In this document: positions 56,688-64,000 of the stretch, piece after piece
How positions within the stretch are numbered: position 1 is the first letter of the stretch
How the letters are laid out: every line of letters starts with the position of its first letter
Origin: Candidatus Heimdallarchaeum endolithica
Lineage (GTDB): Archaea > Asgardarchaeota > Heimdallarchaeia > Heimdallarchaeales > Heimdallarchaeaceae
Assembly (NCBI GenBank): GCA_021513715.1
Contig: CP084167.1
Span: 1,440,001-1,504,000 of the forward strand
Reading direction: 5' to 3'
Length of the DNA: 64,000 nucleotides
Notes under the pieces: generated by a model
Database searches by the model: none
Seen by the model: only the letters and a program-made list of their open reading frames with translations
Told to the model about the DNA's origin: nothing
Position numbers and translations under genes: made by a program

Positions 56688-58766
56688 TTGTCTATTATGA
56701 GCAAGAAAATATTTTCAATAATAATTGTTCTTTTACTGATGATACCTTTTTCCAGCTTAAGTAATATTTCGCTTCCACAAGCAGAAAATGAAGTAACAAG
56801 AACAGGCTATTTTGAGCAAACAATAACAACTACTACATTCAAAGGAGAAACAAACATCACTACCTTAGTAGGTCCTGACTATGCTTACGATATAATTATC
56901 AACGCATTAAAACGAGCTCAAACTTCATTTTATTTAGAAGTTTACACTTTATCAAGTGAACCACTTGTAAATGAGCTTATTAGAGCAAAAGAAAGAGGAG
57001 TAGAAGTAATTGTTTTACTGTCTCACGACAGAGTAAGCGGATATGAAGACGAGTATACTGAAGAAGCTGCATATAGACTAGACAATGCAGGAATCGATGT
57101 GTTATGGACAAGCAGTGAATTTCGTTTTACACATGCCAAATTTTGGATCGTTGACAGTGAAACAGTTTTTGTTTATTCTGGAAATTGGGCCCCATCTAGT
57201 ATTCCACAATATCCTTCAGCTTATAAGAATAGAGAGATGGGTTTCGCAATCACTGATACAGAAATTGCTGCATATTATGAAGATGTGTTTTTCGATGATA
57301 TGGCAGAATCAACCCCCTATGATTCATCTATAGGTCATACTGGAAATCTTCAAGCAAATTCAACTAGTGGATCGTATGAACATCCCTTTTCATTTAGTAA
57401 TTTTGTTGAATATGCGGAAGTCACACCTATTTTTTCTCCAGACAACAGTTATACTCTCCTCTCTTCTCTAATTAAATCAGCTAATACATCAATCGACATT
57501 GAAATGCAATATATTCTATTTGACTGTGAACTCTTACAAGACATTATAGATGCTTCACAAAGAGGAGTTGCAATAAGAATAATAATAAATGAACCAGATT
57601 CGTCTGGAGAAAATGTTACAGAAACTTTACTCACCAATGGTATTCAAGTTAAATTTTTCAAAGGATTAAGCCATAACCATAACAAATATGTGAGTGTTGA
57701 TGGAGAGATTGTTCAAATTTCAAGTATAAATTGGTCTAACAACTCACTTACTAATAACAGAGAAGCTGGCGCCATTATAAAAAATTCAAATATTGCAGCG
57801 TACTTCAAACAAATTTTTGATTATGACTGGAATAAAGGGAAAACACCAGAAGGTTTTGCAGTCCCTGTAGCATTAATTGATCCTCTTCCAGGTGGAATAG
57901 TAAAAGATACTTATGCGTTCAAAGCTTCTTTTTCAGTTTATAATTATTCTTCTGCAGAACTTCAAATTGATGGTTCCACAGTTCATTCCTGGGTAAATCC
58001 AGAAAACATAAAAACAGTAACAATAGACACATCATCTTATTCAGATGGAATCCACACTATAAAGATTATAGCTACAAAAGATGACGATAGTACAGTTGAA
58101 ATTGAAGAGAAAATCAATATTATTAATATAAATGAGTGGTTACTATTGATTAGCGAAGTGAGATATGACGCAGTATCAGAACCAGACGGAGAATTTGTAG
58201 AGCTATACAATGCATTTGATTTTTCACTATACTTACAAAATTGGAAACTAACAGATAATGAGGGAGAATACAAGATGGCAGAGGGAACTCTAATTAGTTC
58301 TGAGCAAGTTTTAATTTTTGCGAGAGATAGCAGTGCTTTTGTTAGCGAAATGGCAGACCTTGGAGTTACAGGTGTATCAGCAGATTTTGGTTTAGGAGAT
58401 ATTTCCTTGGCTAATACAGGAGATGAAATCTTACTAATGTCTCCAGATGGTGAAGTACGAGATGCAGTTGCATGGGGGTCAGGAAGTGCTTCTGGTGTTG
58501 TTACATGGAGTGGTTCTACAGGAGAAGATAAAACCCTTCAGAGAATACCTGCAGATCAAGATACAAATGATTGTACAATTGATTTTCAAGCTGAAGCTCC
58601 TACTCCAGGAGAGGTTGATTTAGGTTCAACAAATACTGGAACAAATACTGGAACAAATACTGATGAAACTAACCCTGAATTCACAAGTTTCAATTTCTTA
58701 TATGCAATTTTAGGAACAATATCACTCATAGCTTTAGGCACGATATTTAATAAATTAAGAAAGTAG
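56688..58766 (+). CDS. Secreted phospholipase D-family (two HKD) nuclease/lipase with Ig-like and lamin-tail domains
   Basis: HAKFWIVD and HNKYVSVD motifs, NRE motifs, ISEV.Y...GEFVELYN and PTPG lamin-tail motifs; C-terminal TM. Confidence 0.88.
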   Translation: MSIMSKKIFSIIIVLLLMIPFSSLSNISLPQAENEVTRTGYFEQTITTTTFKGETNITTLVGPDYAYDIIINALKRAQTSFYLEVYTLSSEPLVNELIRAKERGVEVIVLLSHDRVSGYEDEYTEEAAYRLDNAGIDVLWTSSEFRFTHAKFWIVDSETVFVYSGNWAPSSIPQYPSAYKNREMGFAITDTEIAAYYEDVFFDDMAESTPYDSSIGHTGNLQANSTSGSYEHPFSFSNFVEYAEVTPIFSPDNSYTLLSSLIKSANTSIDIEMQYILFDCELLQDIIDASQRGVAIRIIINEPDSSGENVTETLLTNGIQVKFFKGLSHNHNKYVSVDGEIVQISSINWSNNSLTNNREAGAIIKNSNIAAYFKQIFDYDWNKGKTPEGFAVPVALIDPLPGGIVKDTYAFKASFSVYNYSSAELQIDGSTVHSWVNPENIKTVTIDTSSYSDGIHTIKIIATKDDDSTVEIEEKINIININEWLLLISEVRYDAVSEPDGEFVELYNAFDFSLYLQNWKLTDNEGEYKMAEGTLISSEQVLIFARDSSAFVSEMADLGVTGVSADFGLGDISLANTGDEILLMSPDGEVRDAVAWGSGSASGVVTWSGSTGEDKTLQRIPADQDTNDCTIDFQAEAPTPGEVDLGSTNTGTNTGTNTDETNPEFTSFNFLYAILGTISLIALGTIFNKLRK
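58628..58662 (+). repeat. 12-bp tandem repeat (about 2.9 copies) encoding a TNTG linker
   Basis: AACAAATACTGG x2 plus AACAAATACTG. Confidence 0.85.
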
Positions 58767-58899
58767 GATTTTTCTTTTTTTCTTTTCTTTTTCCACATTA
58801 AAGTATTTTAGTAAATAATCAAGTTAGTGAATAAATAAAAAGAGTAAATAGCGAATTCTATACTGAGTTTAAATAGTTAAAAGTTATAATTTAAATGAT

Positions 58900-60045
58900 A
58901 TGGTTTTATTTCTAAACGATGGACCAGTAATAACAAAAAATGAGCAAGAATTTAAGTACATTATTCTATATATGGATTTAGATGCTTTTTATGCATCAGT
59001 AGAAATTAGAGATAATCCATCTTTAGTAGGAAAACCAGTAATCATTGGAGGAAATCCTGAAACAAAAAGAGGTGTGGTTTCTACTTGTTCTTATGAAGCT
59101 AGAAAATTTGGTATTCACTCTGGTATGCCAATAAATCAAGCTCTAGAGTTATGTCCTGAGGTAATTATTCTCCGAGGGAATTTTCAGTTATATTCTCAAG
59201 TCTCAAAGAATATAATGGAAATTTTAGAAAAATATTCCCCAACTTTAAAAGTTTCAAGTATAGATGAAGCATATATTGACATAACTGATATAGTTGAAAA
59301 TTATGAGGAAGCAGAATTTCTTGCAGTTGACATTAAAGACGAGATTTATTCAATTGAGAAAATAACTTGCTCTATTGGAATTGCACCTAACAAGATTTTA
59401 GCAAAAATCGCCTCAGATGTAAATAAGCCTAATGGATTAACAATAGTAAAACCATCAGAAGTAAAAGATTTCCTTTCTCCATTGGACATAATAAAAATTC
59501 CGGGAGTTGGTAAAAAATCAAAAAAATATTTTGATAAACTAAACATTAAAACCTGTGGTGATTTAGCAAAAACTCCATACTATAAAATATACCATTCTTT
59601 TGGAAACCATGGATTAAAACTCTGGAAACTAGTAAATGGATATAACACAGAATCCACAGAGGAGAAGTTTGAAAAAAGACAAAGAAAATCAATTAGCAAA
59701 GAAAAAACATTTTTTGAAACTAAAAAAAGTTGGCAAGAAATAGAGATAGAAATGAGAAAAGCAACAGAAAAAATTATACATAAAGCTAAAGAGAGAAGAA
59801 TGCAATTTCGTACTGTTTCGCTTAAGATTAGAGATAGAAAATTCAACACTTCAATTAGAAGTTACTCATTAAACTGCTATTCTGTAAAGGAAAATGATGC
59901 TTATCAAGCAATAAAGAAACTGCTTATTCCATTTAAGAAGAAATATTCGCCAAAGGATATTCGACTTATAGGAGTAAAAATCAGTAATATAATTAAGATT
60001 CCAGACGAACAAAAAAATCTATCACAATTTTTTAATAATATTTAG
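58900..60045 (+). CDS. dinB: DNA polymerase IV (Y family)
   Basis: DLDAFYASVE, CSYEARKFG, SIDEAYID, KIASDVNKPNG, IPGVG and RLIGV motifs. Confidence 0.95.
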   Translation: MVLFLNDGPVITKNEQEFKYIILYMDLDAFYASVEIRDNPSLVGKPVIIGGNPETKRGVVSTCSYEARKFGIHSGMPINQALELCPEVIILRGNFQLYSQVSKNIMEILEKYSPTLKVSSIDEAYIDITDIVENYEEAEFLAVDIKDEIYSIEKITCSIGIAPNKILAKIASDVNKPNGLTIVKPSEVKDFLSPLDIIKIPGVGKKSKKYFDKLNIKTCGDLAKTPYYKIYHSFGNHGLKLWKLVNGYNTESTEEKFEKRQRKSISKEKTFFETKKSWQEIEIEMRKATEKIIHKAKERRMQFRTVSLKIRDRKFNTSIRSYSLNCYSVKENDAYQAIKKLLIPFKKKYSPKDIRLIGVKISNIIKIPDEQKNLSQFFNNI

Positions 60046-60075
60046 AATATTCATTTTTGGAAAACGCTGATATCA

Positions 60076-61497
60076 ATGTCCTCATTTTACGGTACGATTG
60101 AAGAAGAACTCCCTGAATGGTATATTTTTCGAAAACCAGAAGATTTTGAAATTGATGTTAAAAAATGGTATGAATACGCTGAAAAAAGGATAGAAAAATT
60201 CGTTAATTCTGAACAAGAATTATGGTTATTATATAGAACACCATGGATGACTGAAGAGCAGTGGAAGGAAGTATTAGAGGAAGAGATAGGAGGACATTAT
60301 CTTCTTAGGTTAGCTGTTGCTAGAAATCTACGATTAACTTCATGGTTAATAGAGGTTGAAGCAGACTTATTTGAGTTTCGTTTTGTGAATAGTATAACAT
60401 TTGAAGAGAAAATAAGTGTGTTGAAGCATTTATACGGAGAAGATAATTTTCTAACTATTCAAGAATTAAACTTTCTTCTGAAAGAAAATAACATTCTTCT
60501 AAAATTTGGTTTAGTAGAAACTGGAACAAGAAAAGTCCAATACACTTCAAAAAGAAGAACTACAAAAAAAAGAGGAGGAGATTTAGAAAGATATGTTGCT
60601 GTAAGATTCGACAAAATACCAAAAGTTGTTGGAGCTAGAAAAGCTCTTCTTTACAAAGGTTGGGCAATTGTAAAAATTGCAGATATACGGTTGTCAACTA
60701 AAAGGATTTTTGAAAATAGACTTCGAGATATAATTAAACGTTCTGAAGAGTTCTTAGACAAAGATCCTATATTAGAAAATACTATTGATCCAATAAGAGA
60801 AAAGATAGAGGAAATAGCAGCAAAATCAAGTAGAAAAACTTTTTCAGATATTGATTTTTTTGAAAATGAAGGTGTTTCCAAAAAAATTGATTGTTATCCA
60901 CCCTGCATTTACGAGTTGTTAACTAATCTTAAGTCCAAAGGTCACTTAGCGCACATGGAAAATTGGCAATTGGGAACTTTCTTAAAAAAAGTTGGTATGT
61001 CGATTAATGAACAAAAGCAGTTTTGGTATAAACATTCAATAGATAATGTTGGTCAAACCTTTGAAGAATTTGAAAAAAAAGTAGGATATCAAATTGAACA
61101 TATTTATGGTTTAGCAGGTGGAGGAGTGGATTATGAACCCCCAAAATGTCAAACATGCATTGATGGATATTTTTGCTTTTTTGCTCATGAAAGCATTGAA
61201 GAGATTTCTAAATCTATCTCTCTACGTTTTTCTAACCTTTCTGAGGATAAACTGAACAAAACAATAGATAAAATATCACAATTAGTTGTTAATGGGAGAT
61301 ATCAAGAAGCTTGTGCAGAATATTTTAAGTTACATACTGGAGGACTAATTGGAAGTAGAGTTAATCATATGTTAATGTATACTAAACGTGCTTACGAGCT
61401 TTTGTACAGAAAAGACAAGAAAAAAGAAGTGATCAAAGAGGAGAAAAAAGAAGTGATCAAAGAGGAGAAAAAAGAAGATGAAACAAGTATTAAGTAA
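60076..61497 (+). CDS. priL: DNA primase large subunit
   Basis: GHYLLRL, LYKGWA, YPPCI, HLAH, YQIEHIYG and Y.PPKC..C Fe-S domain motifs; coupled to priS. Confidence 0.9.
   Translation: MSSFYGTIEEELPEWYIFRKPEDFEIDVKKWYEYAEKRIEKFVNSEQELWLLYRTPWMTEEQWKEVLEEEIGGHYLLRLAVARNLRLTSWLIEVEADLFEFRFVNSITFEEKISVLKHLYGEDNFLTIQELNFLLKENNILLKFGLVETGTRKVQYTSKRRTTKKRGGDLERYVAVRFDKIPKVVGARKALLYKGWAIVKIADIRLSTKRIFENRLRDIIKRSEEFLDKDPILENTIDPIREKIEEIAAKSSRKTFSDIDFFENEGVSKKIDCYPPCIYELLTNLKSKGHLAHMENWQLGTFLKKVGMSINEQKQFWYKHSIDNVGQTFEEFEKKVGYQIEHIYGLAGGGVDYEPPKCQTCIDGYFCFFAHESIEEISKSISLRFSNLSEDKLNKTIDKISQLVVNGRYQEACAEYFKLHTGGLIGSRVNHMLMYTKRAYELLYRKDKKKEVIKEEKKEVIKEEKKEDETSIK
61418..61477 (+). repeat. 24-bp tandem repeat (2.5 copies) at the priL/priS junction
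   Basis: AGAAAAAAGAAGTGATCAAAGAGG x2 plus AGAAAAAAGAAG, ending immediately before the priS ATG. Confidence 0.9.
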
Positions 61498-62491
61498 AAA
61501 GCATATCAGCGAATACTATGCTAACCATTTTGACATTGATTCAATTATGCCCTACATAGGTTTATCAGATTTCAAAAACAGAGAATTTGGATTCGTTGTT
61601 GAAGATAACAACAAGGAACGTTTTGTTAGGAATATTTCCTTTGATACTAGTACAATGCTAAAGGAGTACATGGTTGCTAATAATGTTAAACATGCTTATA
61701 TTGGGGCAGTATACGATAAACCCCCATCAAACAAAAACCCAATAGGAAAAATCAAATGGATAAGAAGAGAGCTTATTTTTGATTTAGATATTGATGAATA
61801 CGATGAGGTTCGAACTTGTGGATGCAAAGGAGATGAATATTGTATTGACTGCTGGTCTCTTATTCAAGATGCTGTAATATTTATAGAAAAAACGATGAGA
61901 GAAGATTTTGGTATGAAACAAATACAATGGATTTTCTCAGGTAGGAGGGGAGTACATGGCTGGATCTTAGATAGAGAAACACAATTCTATGATCAACAAG
62001 TAAGAATCGCTATACTCAACTACCTTACATTTGTTCAAGGGAAAACATCAGGTGAAAAAGTAGACAGAGTAGACGCTCTTCCCACAGAAGCTAAACCGCT
62101 AAGAAACAGAATCTACTCTTTAATTGCTAAATCTTATTTAAGCCACATTTCTCCTAAAGAACTTTATGAGATAAGTAAAGAAATAGATGCAAAGATTTCA
62201 CTCAAGAGTTTGGAGACAATAATTAAGAGGGTAAAAATGAGTAAGGAATTTGACTATAACTCCTACAATATTATAATCCCACAAAATAACAATTTTAGAG
62301 AAAAATTGTCTCAAGAAATGATTTATAGAAGATTTCCGAGAATAGATAGAAAGGTTACAATGGATACTAGAAGAGTAAGCAGAATGCCTTATTCAATACA
62401 TGGAAAAACTGGAAAGATAGCAGTAGAAATAAAGGACATATTAAAATTTGACCCTTTTAATTCTCCCAGTGTTTGGGAATATGTAAAATAA
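61478..62491 (+). CDS. priS: DNA primase small (catalytic) subunit
   Basis: REFGF, ELIFDLD, C.C...C..C zinc motif, FSGRRGVH, IDRKVT and RMPYSIHGKTG motifs. Confidence 0.95.
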   Translation: MKQVLSKKHISEYYANHFDIDSIMPYIGLSDFKNREFGFVVEDNNKERFVRNISFDTSTMLKEYMVANNVKHAYIGAVYDKPPSNKNPIGKIKWIRRELIFDLDIDEYDEVRTCGCKGDEYCIDCWSLIQDAVIFIEKTMREDFGMKQIQWIFSGRRGVHGWILDRETQFYDQQVRIAILNYLTFVQGKTSGEKVDRVDALPTEAKPLRNRIYSLIAKSYLSHISPKELYEISKEIDAKISLKSLETIIKRVKMSKEFDYNSYNIIIPQNNNFREKLSQEMIYRRFPRIDRKVTMDTRRVSRMPYSIHGKTGKIAVEIKDILKFDPFNSPSVWEYVK

Positions 62492-62499
62492 AAAATAGA

Positions 62500-63894
62500 T
62501 TAAACAGCCAAATAAGGATTAATTTCTTTTGCTAATCTCAAAGCTTTTTTCAGTAAAGCGACAGGATATGACCATTGGGTTCTAATCTCTCTAATTTTAG
62601 ATTGTAGCTCTTTCTTACCTAATAAGGCAAATGATGTAATTATAAAAGTCATTGACACTAGTTGGTTCAATTCACGTTGTATCCTTTTTACAGCTTCCTC
62701 ATAAGGTTTATCTTTCAATTCATCAAATAACTTCTTAAAGTAATCACTTTCTCTAATACCATGAACAATTCTATTATCTAAATCAATTAAGGTTGCAGTT
62801 TCCTCAAGGATATTTTTCTTTTCTAAAAACGTGAAAGTTTCTTTTGACATACCAACAATCTTAGGAGTAAAACGCTTTTCTTCAGAGGGTCTATATTTGT
62901 CGTCCACATATTCCATGTATGAAGTTTGAAGATGTTGTGTAAAAATGGCAAGATTGTCCATTACTATCCTTACAGAGACTCTATCTCCTGTTATATAAAT
63001 TGGCTCTCCTACGATTGCAGAATATATTGCTTTTCCTATATTATCTTTAACAAGCCTTAACAACAGATGAAATGAAACATGATCTCTGTTTACAAAAGCA
63101 AGCTTATTTCCTGGATCCTCAATATTTCTTAACTTTTCCAATATTTCAGGGATAGAAATATTTTGCCTAGATAATTCGCCAACTTTCTTTTCAAATAAGG
63201 GGAACATTCGAAAAATAGTGTAATCTAAAGCATTTGGGAAAAGCAAATATCCAATTGACAACTTATTCTCATACTTTTTTAAGACTATAAAAGGAACAGT
63301 TTTTTCTTCAGGAAAAAGCATTAGAATGCTTCGTAAGTAATTAGTTTTTAGGAATTCAGTTTTTTGGTTATATAAAACATTAACAATTTTTCTAAAAATA
63401 GGTTCAACAATTCCATCATTTTTTATAATACTCCATGGATCAGTAGAGAGATCAACGTCAAAATATTTAATGTGAGCCAATTTTATTGGGTGATCACTCA
63501 AAGTAATGAAAAGGCGTTCAATATCAAACAAACATTGCTCCACTAGAAGGTTAGCCTCTCCCTCAGTAAGTTCGCTAGGTTTCACATGTTCTAACAATTC
63601 TCCTCCCACATTTCTAATTGTAGTATATATTTCATTTCTCTTCTTGTCTGATAACTCAGTTTCGTCCATAATTTCTAAAATAAAAATGTAATCTTCTCCT
63701 ATTCTAGTGGTTAATATTGTTCTATCATGGTAGGCTATTGATTGAAGTTCTCTCTTATGAATCTCATGTGAAAAAGAGATAATTGCACTAATCAATCCTG
63801 TTGCTAGTACGTGTTTTGTTTTATCCTCAATATCAGGTTTGGTTGCAAGTAATATTCCTGCTGAATTAACAAGCGAAAGTCTAAAAGTAGGCAT
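62500..63894 (-). CDS. Longin plus DENN-like (folliculin-like) protein
   Basis: N-terminal longin pattern (LVNSAGILL...GLISAIISFS...LQSIAY); C-terminal AIYSAIVGEPIYITG...IVGM...LIDLD followed by helices resembles the cDENN/dDENN region. Confidence 0.6.
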   Translation of the reverse strand: MPTFRLSLVNSAGILLATKPDIEDKTKHVLATGLISAIISFSHEIHKRELQSIAYHDRTILTTRIGEDYIFILEIMDETELSDKKRNEIYTTIRNVGGELLEHVKPSELTEGEANLLVEQCLFDIERLFITLSDHPIKLAHIKYFDVDLSTDPWSIIKNDGIVEPIFRKIVNVLYNQKTEFLKTNYLRSILMLFPEEKTVPFIVLKKYENKLSIGYLLFPNALDYTIFRMFPLFEKKVGELSRQNISIPEILEKLRNIEDPGNKLAFVNRDHVSFHLLLRLVKDNIGKAIYSAIVGEPIYITGDRVSVRIVMDNLAIFTQHLQTSYMEYVDDKYRPSEEKRFTPKIVGMSKETFTFLEKKNILEETATLIDLDNRIVHGIRESDYFKKLFDELKDKPYEEAVKRIQRELNQLVSMTFIITSFALLGKKELQSKIREIRTQWSYPVALLKKALRLAKEINPYLAV

Positions 63895-64000
63895 TCTATT
63901 TTAAAGAAAATAAAATCATTTAAGTAAATTTCCCTTACAAACTAAAGAAAATCAAATTACAAAAAAACTAAGTTTTTAAATCCTTCGTTGATTTTTCTTT

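Noticed and set aside
58628-61477. The 12-bp and 24-bp repeats as CRISPR arrays
   Set aside because: They are contiguous in-frame coding repeats without spacers.
1302-63691. Many short ORFs overlapping longer genes (e.g. 1302-1811, 4312-4587, 7848-8180, 13394-13690, 25356-25847, 36910-37242, 49143-49409)
   Set aside because: Antisense or alternate-frame shadows of well-supported genes, with no recognisable motifs.

Overview
AT-rich (roughly 30% GC by eye), densely coding archaeal chromosome segment. Roadblock/LC7, longin and DENN-like proteins, a winged-helix/RING protein, PriS/PriL, a COG1107 RecJ-like nuclease and many C-terminally anchored surface proteins point to an Asgard archaeon, probably Heimdallarchaeia (inference). 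No rRNA, tRNA or CRISPR array was seen. Two loci stand out. (1) A translationally coupled four-gene operon (16042-20726) encodes an SMC5/6-type ATPase, a possible kleisin, an Nse1-like tandem winged-helix (KITE) protein and a separate Nse1-like RING protein: a candidate archaeal proto-SMC5/6 complex with a split Nse1. (2) A 1783-bp TnpB-only element (24621-26403) sits exactly in the HPHGQ active-site codons of galT. It is bounded by a repeated CATG and imperfect inverted ends, carries a structured omegaRNA-like 3' region, and its nuclease has the Fanzor-type rearranged RuvC catalytic site. Also present: a 110-bp MITE with TIRs and a 6-bp TSD, an Fe-type ABC permease with a large inserted LVIVD-repeat ectodomain, a folliculin-like longin-DENN protein, a phytol kinase-DUF92 fusion, a galactose cluster (GH57 alpha-galactosidase, galK, broken galT) with cofE-folP embedded, and housekeeping genes (pgk, glnA, XPD, dinB, priL, priS). 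All family assignments come from motif recognition by eye, not from database searches.
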